DNA of 64,000 nt. Source: Protoeuglena noctilucae (taxonomy: Eukaryota). Every line of letters begins with the position of its first letter. Position 1 is the first letter of the stretch. The DNA lies in contig OY253688.1 in assembly GCA_958009085.1 (NCBI GenBank), forward strand, positions 620,001 to 684,000, given 5' to 3'. Of this stretch, positions 25,112-38,348 are shown in pieces. The position numbers and the translations under genes are program-made. The notes beneath the pieces are model-generated. The model saw only the letters and a list, made by a program, of their open reading frames with translations. It searched no databases and was not told the origin of the DNA.

Positions 25112-26049
25112 CGTTGTTCTATCGCAGCGTTTGAGCCCGCCGCTGCTGCCGCGCGCCGCGTAGCCGCGCCTGGATGTTCTGACATTTGCGATGCGAACCG
25201 ACACCGCTGGGTTGGACTCACGTCACCGTCCCTCGACCTCCGCGCCACAATGCGTCGAGGGGAAGCAGTCTCCTGCGCTACCGAAACCGTCGACCCGCCT
25301 CGTAGCGACTCGACCCCGCGTGCACCCCCCGAGTTCGTCACCCCTTGGCCTCGTCTGCGCTCGCCAGGCCGTCGACGGTGTTGCGGAGGTAGACCTTGAC
25401 CCTCGCTGACCCGTGGTCCACACAGGTGGGTGCCGAGAGTCTCCTTTCATTGTTGTCCAGGCCGTCTGCGCTGCCGTCTGCGCTGAACTAGGTAGAGGTG
25501 AGTCTTCTGGCCCTGATCGTTCGTCATCTATCATTGGCCGCGCGTCCCGGGCACCGGCCGGCGCGCAGCGCTGCCCCAGAGGGCGCCGACAGGTGTGCCA
25601 AGCCTGCCCGCCCAGTTTTGGTCGCTTCATCCTATCTGGCGAGTCGGTATCGATACGTCTAGTGCGTCCCAGCGGTGCGCCCCGCCCCCGGGAGCCCGCC
25701 GCGACTCTCGGAAAGTCGTCGCCTTCTCGTGGCTGCCGCGCCGTCAGGGCTCCGTGGGCCGGCGCGCTTTGCCGTTGCGCATCTCCGATTGACGTCGTTC
25801 CGGGCTGTCATCGCTACCAATCGCTTGTATCTGCCCGCACGCGGCCGTGCCGGGGCAGCCTCACTGATCCGTTCCCCGGAGCTTGCGGCGCCCTCGCAAA
25901 CTCCCTTGCCGCACACCACGGTGCACTTTTCACTCTCAGCTATCTGCTGCGGCCGCGCGGAGGTCTCTCGAGCCCCCGGGGCGACGCACGCGCGAGCCTA
26001 TGGGTGCGTGGTTCCCGCGACGCCCGCCGCGCCGCGCCTTTCCCGCAGA

Positions 26050-28678
26050 ATGGGCCGGAAGTCCAAGCCGTCGCTGGCGGCTCCGTCGTCGATCCCCAAC
26101 GATGAGGAGGGCCGCCTCAAGATGGCGCTGGACCTGAAGAAGCAGGGCAACGAGCGCTTTGCCCGTCGCGAGTTCGCCAAGGCCCTGCAGCTCTACGATG
26201 CCGCGCTCCGGCTCGTCCCCGAGAGCCACGCGAAGGAGGCCGCCGTGCTGCACAACAACAAGGTGCGGGCCCCGGGGCTGCGCCACCGGGAGCGCGGTGT
26301 TGGCGATACGGCAACACCGCCACCGACCCTCCGCCCCCCTCCCCCTCCCCGGCGCAGGCGGCTTGCCACCTGAAGTCCCTTCGCTTCAAGGACACGGTCC
26401 GCGAGTGCACGCACGCGCTGCAGCTCGACCCCGAGTTCTCGAAAGCGGTGTCGCGTCGTGCTAAGGCACTCGAGATGTCGGGCAACCACGCGGGGGCTCT
26501 GGAGGACTACCGCAAGCTGGCGGCGATGCCGGGGGGTGGGGGCGCGGAGGTGGAGAAGCGCATCGAGGCCCTGGAGCAGGCGGTCAAGGAGGGGAGGGGG
26601 GTGACCAAGCTGGTGAGTGGCTCACAAGCGGGGCTCACAAAAGGGCAGCTGGCGGGGGTGCTTACAAGCGCCCGCTCCCTCGCACCCCTTGTGCCCCTCC
26701 TCCGCTCACTCGACACATCTCGCATCTCCCGTCCGCGCAGGCGGCCCGCTCGCAGCAGCAGGAGGAGGCGGCCCAGCGTCGCGCCGTGCAGCAGAAGCGC
26801 GCGGTGGTGCAGGAGATCAAGCTGGTGCACGGGGAGGACACGAAGGTGTGCCGGTTTCAGGGCGGCGAGGTCACGTATGCGCTGCTGCAGGAGCAGGTGG
26901 CTCAGAAGTTCCCCGGGCTGGGGCCGGCGCGTCTTTCGTATGTCGATCGCGAGGGCGAGCGCGTGGTGGTCTCCAGCCGGGACGACGTGCTCGCGGCGCT
27001 CGAGGTGGCGCTCATGCAGGCCGTGGAGCAGGGCGGCCCGCGCCTGGCGGCCATGCCCCCCGCGCGGCTCAACGTGGAGCCGTGCGCCGAGGCCGAGGTT
27101 CCGCCGCCCCCCCCGGAGGAGGCCAAGCAGCTCGAGCAGATGCGTCAGATGCGCAAGTACATCGACGAGCTGCAGGAGCGGCAGCTGAAGGCCCGCATGG
27201 AGGCGCTGCAGCAGCAGGCGTCGGCGGGGTCTGAGCTGGTCGAGATCGACTCATGGGTGGTGCAGCTGGCGCAGCTGGTGCGGGAGCAGCTCAACATCGA
27301 CCCGGACCGGCACGTGGACCTGCAGCAGGAGGGGTGGGAGCACGTCTCGCAGGCGCTGGACAAGGTGCTAGTTTCTGACGAGGCGGTCCAGCTGTTTGAG
27401 CAGGGCATTGGGAAGTTCAAGGAGGTGGTGGCGCTCGGGCACCTCAACTGGGGACACGCGCACCTCGGTGAGAGCCTGGCGACGGATGGGATGGGTGTCC
27501 TAGCTCAGGGGGTCGTAGCGGCGGGCATCGTGGCGGCGGGGGGCGCGGTGTTGCTGTGGTTTCAGTGGTGGCTTGGCTGGGGGTTCGGGGTCGATGGTCT
27601 GTTGAGGGCAGTGCAGTGGAGTCGCTGTGTAAAGTGGCTGGGCACCGCCTTTGTCCCATCTTTGTCCCATGTCTTGCCCACGTCACCTCTCGCGTCGTCC
27701 TCACCCCCGCAGCCATCGCGCGCAAGTTCATGGATGAGATGGCGAAGGCCGGGACGACGCGTGCAAAGGCGGACGGCGACGCGACGTACGCGCGCGTGCT
27801 CGAGGAGTTCGGCAAGGCGGAGGCCAAGATGGGGGAGGCGATGGGGTACAAGCCCGACTTTTACGACGGGGCGGTGGGGCTAGGGCAGCTGTGGTTTGAG
27901 CGCGCGAAGCTCGAGGCGGGCATGCTGATGACGAACCCGGCCACGACGCCCGAGGCGGCGGACGGGGCGCCGAAGGGGGAGGACGAGAAGGTGTACCGCG
28001 CGTGCCTTGAGCGGCTGGAGACGCGGTTTGTGGCTTCGTCCATGCCGCTGTTCGAGCGGGCCGTGGAGTGGCACGATAAGGGGCTCGGGATGGCGCGGGG
28101 GGCGGTGGGGGGGACGGACCCGGAGAAGATGGAGGTGAGGCAACGCCAGGGTGGGGCGCGGTGACGGGATGAGGTCGCGTGCGACGGGCGCAGCTGCGGG
28201 ACGTGGGCGCGCGCGGGCGCAGTTATGGCGGGAGTGAAAAAGTAATGGTTTTTGTTTGCTACTTTGCCGCAGACGGACGCGCAGCAGCTGCGCAACCAGA
28301 GCAACATCCTGGCGGGGAACGTCCTGTACGAGGTGTCGCAGATCAAGGCGGCCACGGGGGACGCCGGGTGGCGCACGTGGCTCGACAAGGCCATTGGGAG
28401 GTTCCGGGAGGCGTCGTGCGAGGTGAGAGGCCGCGGCGGGGCTGGTTGACCGGATGCTGGTGCGCAAGGCAGCGACATCCGCCCGGCGCGACGCATTCTC
28501 TCCCTGCCGGCCTCCGCAGTCGAGCGACATCATCCAGGCCCTTCAGAACCACGTCAAGACGGAGGAGCTGCAGGACCTGATCGCCGAGGTGCGCCCCGCG
28601 GAGGAGCCCAAGGCCGAGAAGGCCGACGAGGCGAAGGCCGAGGGGTCCAAGGGGCCTTCCCTGCCGAAGAAGAAGTAG
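26050..28678 (+). CDS. TPR + PB1 domain protein (PHOX/CLMP1-like)
   Basis: LKKQGNERF..ALQLYD, ECTHALQLDPEFSKA (TPR). IKLVHGEDTK..SYVDREGERVVV (PB1). VEIDSWVVQLAQL and KFKEVVALGHLNWG. Confidence 0.88.
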
Positions 28679-29186
28679 ATTGGCACAGCTGCAGCTGCAG
28701 CGCAGCAGCGGCGTCGCACTGCGCGCGATTGAAGAGGCAATCAGCAACCCAAGAGGGCCACCAGCAACTCCTTCTGGCATGCCGACGTGGATTGCCTGCA
28801 GCGCTTCATCACCCATGTGCTGCGCTCTGGGAGCTAAATCGTGCCATTGTCGAGCTGAACGCACCGCACCCTGTGGTTTCCTCGAAAATCAAGCAACCAG
28901 GACCAAGGTGACTGCAGCTTGGCTTTTTGCGGACTCCAGAAGGACGTGTAGCCCCACCAGCAAGCAGTAAACTCATTACAGCGAGCACTGGTGGCTCGGT
29001 TTCCTGCGCGCGACTGCGAGTGCTGCTCCCTGGCCCGGACTGCGCTGCATCGCTGAACGGCATGGCTCTGCGCCTCCGCAGCGAGGACGAGGTTAGCCAG
29101 TCGTCGAGCACTTCAGAGCTGCTTACGTGCATTGCCTAGATTGGCGGAGAGGACGCGCGGCGTCCCAGCTTGGCGAGCCAGGGGGT

Positions 29187-30862
29187 ATGGCGCACTTCAG
29201 GGCGGCCAATCGCCTGACCAAGGAAATAAAGCGGGTCAAGGTGCGGAGTAGACGTGGACGTCTACGCATCCGCTCCGTCCATGCGCCGTCCCTGGGCAGA
29301 GAGTGGCCGCCCCTGACTTTCTTGTATCGTGCTCGGTCCTGTGCGCAGGAGGACCCGCCGGAGTGCGTGGTGGGCATCTACATCGACGACAAGAACATGA
29401 AAGAGGTTTTCTTTCTTGTGGAGGGTCCGGAGGGCACGCCGTTCCACGTGAGCGCCTCGAATCGACCCTCGTTTCCGTGTACGTGCGCCCCGCAGCCTAG
29501 GCGCAGCGCCAGGACCCCGCGAGCCGCGAGCCGCGCTCCCGCAGGGCGGCGAGTACGTCTTCAAGCTCGATTTGCCGGAGGAGTACCCGATGAAGCCCCC
29601 CAAGCTTTCCTGCCTGACCGACTCGGGGCGCTTTGAGACGGGCGTGCACATCTGCGCCACCTTCACGCACTACCATCCGGAGGTGTGTGCATTCGAGCGC
29701 GGTATGTGACTGGTTGAGATCCCCATCACGTGGTTGGTGACGGAGTTGCCCAAGTTTGTTATCGGGGCCACCGATAGTGACGGTCAATCCTGCTCACCAC
29801 ACCTGCAGTCCTGGGCCCCCTCGTACACGCTCTCCACCCTCATGAAGTCCACCGTGTCGTTCATGTGCGACACCGACTCGGGATTCCACATCGGGCACTA
29901 CAAGGCGAGTAGTTATTGCTAGTTAATCGCAGCCCCTTGTCCCGTGCAGCCAGCGGCACCGAGCATGGCAGTAATGTCTTCGCGGCCGCAATCACGGCTC
30001 TGCAGGTGCTGGTGTCCCGTATAACGTCCCACCACACTCCCTGCCCCCCACATCCACGCCCCACCACACTCTCTCCCCCTGTCTTTCGCTGCCCACGCCC
30101 CCTACATCGACGCCCCACCACACATGCCGGCCCTTACATCGACCCCCAGCCCCGCCACGCCCCTTGCAGTCCCGCTACGCCACCAAGGCGGAGGCGGAGA
30201 AAGTCCAGAAGAAGTTCGCCAAAGAGAGCACGGCCTTCAACAAGCGCAAGAACTTCGACCAACAGTTCCCATGCATCACCGACCCCTCCCTGCGGCTCAA
30301 GCAGGTGGCCAACGGCGCGGGCAAGGCGGGCGCGACGCCGGCGAACGGAGCCGAGCCGTCCAAGGCCGCGGGGGCTGAGGAGGCGGGGGTTAAGGTGGCT
30401 GCGGGGGCGGAGGGGGCGGGGGTTAACGGGGCGGGGGCTAAGGTGGTTGGGGTGGCGGGGGTGGCTGAGGGGGCAGGGGCGAAGGTGGCGGGTGCCAAGG
30501 CGGCTGAGGCTGCGGCGGCTGCGGCGGCAGGGGCTGCGGCTGCGAGGGTTGGGATGGGGAGGGCTGCAACGGCAGAGGCGGCCACGGCCCGACCCACGGT
30601 GCCGGCAGCGGCGGCGGCTGCTGCCAAACTGCCCGCGAAGTCAGCGGTGATTACGGTGGAGATATCCGATGACGAGGACGGGGTGGGTGACGTTGCGGGT
30701 GGCGGGGAGGGTGTGAAGGGTGCGAAGGGGCGTAGGGCGGTCAAGAGCGGGGACGGAAAGCGTAAGCGAGACGAGGCGCCCTCAGCGCCCCGTCGCATGC
30801 GGCAGCGAGCACAGCAGCAGCAGCAGCAGCAGCCGCCCGCTGTCATTGTCATGGATGACTGA
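29187..30862 (+). CDS. Ubiquitin-conjugating enzyme E2, Ubc6/UBE2J class, with low-complexity C-terminal extension
   Basis: RLTKE, GPEGTPFH|GGEY, PEEYPMKPP, SGRFETGVHIC..YHPE|SW (Ubc6-type, lacks HPN). Confidence 0.88.
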
Positions 30863-31674
30863 GGCCGCTAGGGGAGGCAATGCCACGTCGTGGGTAGTTG
30901 TGTGCTCAGCACCAGCGACGTGCGCGTACTTTTCATCAGTAGCACGGCACGGCGCGGACCGGCCTGACGCGGAGCAGGGCGCGTGTAGCCGCACATTGCG
31001 CGTCACGCCAGCATGGGGCATGTGAGCAGGGTTGACCTCCGCCAGCTCTTGTGTGTGAAAAGTCTGACCAAGCGGGAAGACAAGCGGCATTTTCGCGGCG
31101 TCGACGGGTTTGTTAATCAAGAGACGTGGGGCTTTGCAGAGCAGCGCAAAAGGGTAGCCCGTGCTTTCGGGAAAGCGCCCAGACATCCGTGTCTACATCC
31201 GTGCAGCGACAGACGTGTCCGGGGCCGGCCGTTCGGTGTGCAAGCGGGGCCTTCTAAAGTGGACGTGCGTCGCGTGGTGGAATATTCCGGGGACAAGGCG
31301 GACAGGAGTGCAGCGGGGCCTGCCCAGTCCGGTCATCTCTTGGGGCGCGAGTGCGCCGCGGGGGTCGGCTCGCATGCCCAGGCGAGTGGCACAGCAGAAC
31401 GTAGTTGCATGGATTGCACCCGTTGTCGCGGAAACAACCTCGGAAGCCCGTCCGGGGCGCCTGTCCGCTGCAACATGCGCTGTTCCCACCCTCGCGCGGC
31501 GACGGAGACCCTCGCTGCGGCCGCCGTGGCGCCCCGCGAGCATCGTCTTGATAATCTCGCTTCGCGCGCTGGCGCCCGCCGCCGCAGCGTGGCCGCCACA
31601 CGCGCCGAAGTCCCCGCGCCCGCAGCTAGCGTCCGTCCGCGACCCGCGGGGCGCTCCGCGACCCCTTATCCGCC

Positions 31675-34600
31675 ATGTACGCGGCTTCGGAAGCCCAGAA
31701 TTCCACGGGCACGGGCGCCATGAGCGTCAAGAGCCCCGGGAGCGTCAAGCCGCCCTTGGCCCCCGTGGTGTCGCGCTCTCGATCTGAGAAAAGCCACACC
31801 CTGGGCCCCCTCATCGCCGAGGCGTCGGCCGCCCCGGGTCCCCCCGCGCCGGTGCGATCGTTGGAGGAGCGTTCCGTGGACCCCGGGGCTTACGACCTCA
31901 CACCCCGACGGTCGGTGGGGGTCACGTTTCGCGATGCTGAGGGGCCCAGGTGGGTGGGTGAATGGGGGGTGGTGACAGTGGATAAAATGGATGGGAAAGG
32001 GAGCGGATGAAGTGGGTGGGCTGGATTGAGAGGGCTGTCTCTCACGCCACTCCCAACGTCCCACCCTTCATCTCACAATCGCCCCACTCTCACCCACCCA
32101 CCCAACCCCCCTCCCCACCCCCCCCTATGATGCAGTCGCTCCCACCGCATCTCCGGAATGGGCCAGCAGGCTCCCGCGTTGAAGCACAAGCGCAGCAAGA
32201 TGGCGTCCATGCCGGGCATTCACAGGGCGGAGGGGGACGAGGGGGAAACGGACACGGCGCCACAGTGGCTGCAGGAGGCAGTTGAAGCGCATAACAGGGT
32301 GAGGGGGTGATGGGGGGTGGGGGGGGTTCAATAGGGGTGGGGAGGGTGCACAACAGGGTGAGAAGTGAGTGGTAGTAATGACGAATGGTGGGAGAGTGTG
32401 CTTGCTTGAGTGGGGGTGCATAGGGTGATGGAGGTAGAAGGGATGGCTGCAGGAGGCAGTCGAGGCGCATAACAGGGTGAGTGGGAGATGGGGGGTGGTG
32501 GGGGTAATGGGTATTATGGACATAAACCGGGGCTGGTGGATCAAAACAGACACCCTGTCACCTGCGCTACTGACTGTCATCTTTCCACTCACCTCTCCCT
32601 CCCCCCCAGCGCTACACCGGCACATCCCTGGTGGAGGCCGACCCCGGCTCCCCCCCCCTCCACCGACAGCGCCCGCGTGCAGCAGCGATCGCGCATCCTC
32701 TCGCGATTCGCGGACTCGTCATCCGTCGCCGCGCGCGACGCCTTATTCGCGACGCACGCGGGGGATGACGAGCACACGGGGCGGGGACTGGGAACGGGTG
32801 CGGGTGCGGGTCCGGGTGCGGGTGCGGGGGTGGGTACATCGCGACTTCAATCGTCGTCCAATCACCCCGGCGCCCTGCCACCGCCCCGCCTGAGCACGCC
32901 GGCGAGGAGTTCGCAGGGCGAGGCGCGGGCGGGGGGGGTTTCGGGATCCCAGTTGCGGGGGGGGGGGTGCCCGGGTCAACAGCGACGCCGGGGCTAAGAA
33001 AGACACCGTCGGGGTCGTCACGGCATGCGGGGGGAGTGCAGAGCAATGGGGGGGGGAACACGGTGAGCGAATGAGAGAGATGGTATGGTAAGTGGTGCAG
33101 TGATTGCCGACATGGTGAGGGGATGAGGGAGGTGGGGGAGTGATGGCATGCGGGGGGGGGGGTGCAGAGCGTGGGGGTAACACGGCGAGCGGGAGATGGA
33201 GAAATGGTGGAGCGATGGCAAAGACCCCATACAGCACCCCATATCTCACCCCACATCCCTCTCTTCCCCCCCCTCCCCGATGGCCTCCACCCCCCGCGGC
33301 GGCACCCACCACGGCGGATGGTCCAGCGCCGCCAGCATTGGCCAGAATAGCGTTGCAGGAAAGGGGGGGTCATCGAGAGTGGTGGCGTGGGGTGGGTCGG
33401 ACAGCGTGGGGTCGGCGGGGGCGTCGGGGAAAGGGGCGGATAAGGCGCCGGGCAGGGCGGGGAGCGCGGATAGGGGGGGTGAGTGGGTGGGGTGGTTGTG
33501 AGTTTTGATCTCGACTCTTACAGTTCCAACATCTAACAGCCTTCATCTTACAGTCCTACATCTTACAGTCTATCTCTGCGCATCACTCCCCGCAGTGTTT
33601 CTGGACTCCAATAACTCCAGCACCAGCGCCCCCTACCGCCACCACCGCCGCCCCAGCGTGTGGGCCTCGTGTTGCTGTGGGGGAGGGGCGGTGGCGGCGG
33701 AAGGGGAGAGGGCGAGGGGGAAGCCGGGTGAGTGTTGATATCAGTGGTGATGTTGATATTGTGATAGTTACAGTAACTATGACAAACACTGACGGTGTTG
33801 TGTGGGGGCCGTGGCTGCGGAAGGGGAGAGGCCGAGGGGGAAGCCGGGTGAGTGAGGAGACAGCCATGGGAATGGGAATGGTAATAGCCTTGATAGTGAT
33901 AGGGATAGGAACACTGTGTTTGCGTTCACCAATGCTGCGCCTGCACCGTCGCTCCCCATCTCGCACACCCTTGCTACCCATCTCCCACTCCCATCTCCCC
34001 CTCTCCCACTTACCCACCTTCCCCATCCCCATCATTCACCTCCCCATCATCACCCCCTCTCCCCCCACGCAGCCACCCGTGCTGCCAAGGCCAGCACCGT
34101 GAGTGTTGGGAAACACACGGGGAAAGCCACGCCGTCCGTCACTTTGAGTGTAGTTAATGATATAGTAACAATCCATCAATAATGGTCCGTGTTGCATGGC
34201 GTTGGTTGATTGTCATGATTACACACAGCCACGCCGTCCGTCACGGTGAGTGTAGTTAATGATATAGTAACAATCCATCAATAATGGTCCGTGTTGCATG
34301 GCGTTGGTCGATTGTCATGATTACACACAGCCACGCCGTCCGTCACGGTGAGTGTAGTTAATGATATAGTAACAATCCATCAATAATGGTCCGTGTTGCA
34401 TGGCGTTGGTCGATTGTCATGATTACACACAGCCACGCCGTCCGTCACAGTGCGTATCATCAGTGACATAGTAAGAAGTAATACCACACTATGTCATCTT
34501 TCCTTCCTCATCAACTGGTGCCTATCGCACCCACACCCACGCCCCTCACTTCCCCCAGGGCCAGCCCCGCCGCAGCCGAATGCGCTCTATGAACGGCGTG

Positions 34601-35331
34601 AATGCCAGCGTAAGCGTGGTAGACCAGGTGAGACATGGAAGGGGTCAGAACAAAGAAGCAATACTTGTTTTCTCCAAGTTAGGTTATGGCTTCACCTATG
34701 TATCGCTCATGTCCCCTATTCCCACCTTCCCAGGTGGCCGCGATGGTGCAGCGTTTTGAGGACCGTCATTTGGGGTCGGCGCAGCTGAGATTCGATGCCG
34801 AGACGGTGGCGGCGGAGGACCCCTCGCAGCTGCAGGACCTTTCAAATATCGGGAGGGCGGTGGCGGAGGTGAGGGGGTGGTAGATGGGGTGGTGGGGTGC
34901 GTATGGAGTGGCGGAGGTGAGGGGGATGGTGTTTACTGGTTACTGAGGGCGGTGGGGTGGGGACTGATAGTGGATTTGTCTAACATTGGCAGGGCGGTGG
35001 CTGAGCTGAGGGAGATCAGGTGGTGGTGGAGATGGGGTGGTGGTGGGTGGGTTGGGGTGGGGTGGGTGGGGCGGTGATGGATGGGGTGGGAATGGAATGG
35101 TGGGGTGGTTGGCATGTGGTGGTGGTGTCGCGGTGGTGACACAACAGGCAACAAATTTGAGTGGGAGTGGCAGTGATTGCGCGTGTGTGCTCTCTCAATG
35201 CCTCAGCATGACACTCTCGTGTTACACACTCGCAGCGTTACCTGGGCAAGGACGCCAAGCAGAAGAAGATAAGGCAGCAGGCGGAGCGGTGGATGGAGGA
35301 ACACGCGGAGATGATCGCAAGGGGGGTGTAG
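31675..35331 (+). CDS. Hypothetical low-complexity multi-exon protein
   Basis: Exon chain with GT/AG boundaries ending ..DLSNIGRAVAE|RYLGKDAKQKKIRQQAERWMEEHAEMIARGV*. The frame is broken near a poly-G run at ~32957. Confidence 0.5.
34125..34448 (+). repeat. 102-bp tandem repeat, ~3.2 copies
   Basis: agccacgccgtccgtcac starts at 34125, 34227, 34329 and 34431; units nearly identical. Confidence 0.97.
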
Positions 35332-36037
35332 TGGGGGTATAGTGTGAGGGGGCTAGAGGGGTGGGGCAGAGGCGTGTGCGATAGCGGTAGCGGTAGCGGT
35401 GGGGGTGAGTCCAACAGCAGTCACGCTTTGCGCGATGGCCGCCACGCTGTGTGCGGTAGCGGTGCGTTGGGGGCCACGCTGTGTGCAACAGCTGCTAGGC
35501 TGCGTGCGATGACACATGTCCATGCTGATAGCGACCGCAGCAATCCAATGTGTTTTGAGTTTCACCTTAGCCTAGCCGGACCACAGCCATTCCCGCGCGC
35601 TCATTTCAAGCTTGCGCAGAAGCGAGATGTGTTATTGCAAACGCCAGATGGCACAGATGAGTCATTGCAAACGCCAGCTGCGTATATGCCACGCACAGCT
35701 GCGTCCCACATACGCGCTGTATGCTGGACATGCCCGGCGCAGCACGATACATGAAAGACGCAGCACAATACGTGCCAGTTGCAGCACCCGCAGCTGCATC
35801 CATATGCAAGCCGCTGCTACACACATGCCAGCCGCAGTCGCACCACCCAGTAGTCCCCACACAGCCCCACCGGCGTGCCAGAGACCGCCACAGAGCCCGC
35901 CAAATCCCCGCCCTGCTCTTCCCGTCCTGCAACTCCCACAAACTGCCCACCGAGAAACCACATCTGCCGTGCCCGCACGCGCCTCCCATCCCACGCACCC
36001 ACCCCACCGTCCCCCTCCCAGCCCAGCACCCCCCCAA

Positions 36038-37600
36038 TCATCTGCGTCGCTGCCCCCGCACCCGCCTCACCATCTCCAGCAAATCGGCTGCCCAGCGCCT
36101 GCGCTCTTCGGCCTCCGCCACCACCCGCCGCACCAGCCCAGGCTCCTCGCCCGTGTTGACCAGGTCCGCGCCGCGGTCAGCGGACCGCATCACCAGCTCG
36201 TGATCCGCGGGCGGGGATGCCGCAACATAGATGGGCGTCTTGCCCTCCCCATCGCGCGCCTCCAGGTCCGTTCCGGCGTCCACCAGCAGGTCCACGCACT
36301 CCGCGTGCCCGACGTTGTGCAAAGGCGTCCCACCGCAATCGTCCGCGACGTTCGGGTCCGCCCCCGCCGCCAGCAGCAGCCGCGTCAGCTCCACCGCCAC
36401 CCGCTCCTCCAAATGCCCTCCCCCCGCGAAGTGGAGAGGCGTCACGCCCATGCCTTCCTCGTCTCTAAAGTTGACGTCCGCGCCCAGCTCGATAAACGCA
36501 CGGACCAAATCCACATGGCCGCCCATGCAAGCCCACTGCAGAGGGGACTCGCTGTACCCGTCGCTCTGCACGCTCGCCCCGCGCGATGCCAGAAACCGCA
36601 CCACCTCGGGAGTCTTGGCGTAGTGCATCGCGTTGAGACGGTCCATGGTCGTCGCATGCACGTCCGCACCCAGGCCAATGAGGATCTCCAGTTGGGAAAC
36701 GTCGCCGTTGATGGCTGCGACGTGGAGGGGGGTGAAGCCACCAGAGTCGCGGCCGTTGACGTCCGCCCCCGCCTCCACCAGCCGCCGGAAGATGCCCGGC
36801 GTCGGCATGCCCTTGCAGACCATCCCAAGCGCGTCGTCGCCGGTCGGCCCGAGCTTGGCCGACGCTCCCGCCTCCAGCAGCGCCTCCACCACCGCCTCGT
36901 GGCCCCAGCACGCGGCGTGCACCAGCGCCGTCACGCGCCGCACATAAGGCGTGCCCTCGATGTCCACCTGCGCCCCCGCTGCCAGGCACGCCTTGACTGC
37001 AGCCAGGCGCCCCCATATCGCGCAATACGTCAGCACCGGCCATGAGTTGTGCAGCCTCCGGTTGATGTCCGCACCCATCGCCACGGCCGTCCGCACATCC
37101 GCGCCGCCTCCTCCTCGCCCACCGCAAACTCCCATTGCAGCCTGCCGTCCGCATTGCGCCCCGCCGGCCGCAGCGCCCGCACCGCCAGCATCAGCGGCGA
37201 CTGGTCGACGTCATCCAACGTTGGCAGATTCCACGAGATGCCGTTGAAGTCCGGCCCCTCCGCCACCAGCATGGCGAGCCACCACAGCCCCAGGCTCGCC
37301 AAGTGGTGCGCGTGCGACCCACCCATCGCGAACACCGCCACAGGGCCAGGATAGAGCATGAAGTTGGGCACACAGTGGCGTATCTGGAAGTCCCTGCGCG
37401 TATCCTCCCGCTTGTCCTTTGCCGTAGCGCGGACGCCCCAGGCCCGCCACGTCTGGTCGACCTCGTCGCGCATCTCCCACGACACCTGCCGCGCCGACGT
37501 CGCGTCGCGCAGCGGCACCAGCCGCAGGATCGCGCGGTGCACCTTCCCCGGCAGGTCGTCCCACCCTGCGCAAGCGACCGGGCCACGCAGCGTGTCATCG
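36038..37600 (-). pseudogene. F-box-like + ankyrin-repeat gene, apparently intronless, with 1-bp frameshift
   Basis: WDDLPGKVHRAILRLVPLRDATSARQVS (F-box-like). Multiple ankyrin repeats (GADVNGRDSGGFTPLHVAA, ESPLQWAC, VTPLHFA, GTPLH). Frames join at ~37096 if one G is restored (ARM[V]RTAVAMGADIN). No clear in-frame ATG. Confidence 0.65.
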
Positions 37601-38348
37601 CGACCCAGCCGAAAAGCGATGCGACGGCGGACGGCCTCGTTGCAGCGGCGCCTCACCCACGTGCGGACCCGTCCGCTTCTCCTCCTGCTAAGGCGATTGC
37701 TTGCCCTTCGCACCGCCCGGCATCGCGTCCCGCCTGCGCGCACGCCGCCCCGCAACGGTTCTCGCTGCAACTACACAGGCCAATGGACAGCGCGAGCGCA
37801 TCAGCCGCCTCGATGTCGGCCCCGTCCTGCCGCTAAGTTCCATGATAACTCACGAGTCCTTCAGCCGGCTCCGTCTGCCTTAAAAAGATGCGGCGCGGAC
37901 GCTCCGGTTGCCTCAAGCTTCGTGACGTGAGAAGGCCGTCCGAGCTCACACCGCTCGTGCGCTGGCGCCCGATGGCTCAGGCTTGCATCCGACGACTCGC
38001 GAGATGTGCGCTGGGCCGGGCCCGAGTCCTGCGAACGGTCGGAGGGCCGCGCGGGGGAGGCCCCGAGTCGGTTGCGCGCCAGGCCTGCGCAGGAGTGCCG
38101 CCGTCTGCGGCGATGAGCGGACCGACCGGGCCATCCATCAGAGCATGTCTCCAGTCGCGTCCCTGCACCCGACGATTGCCCCGGGATGCGCGCAGGCAGC
38201 CTCGGCGTCGATGCGCGTCATTCTTCAGTCCTACCCTCTGATCTATCGGGATAACATGGGTCCCCGTTTATCGGATGTCATCGTTGCACGGCCATCCAGT
38301 GCACCATCAATCGCAAATTGCTATCGCTGTGCGCTGTTCCTCGACTCT

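Noticed and set aside
32930..33000. Programmed frameshift or premature stop in the hypothetical gene
   Set aside because: It coincides with long G homopolymers, so a sequencing indel is more likely.
34125..34448. CRISPR-like array
   Set aside because: The whole 102-bp unit repeats with no unique spacers, the context is eukaryotic, and there are no cas genes.
35625..35680. Short direct repeat attgcaaacgccag
   Set aside because: Two copies only, with no associated structure I can support.
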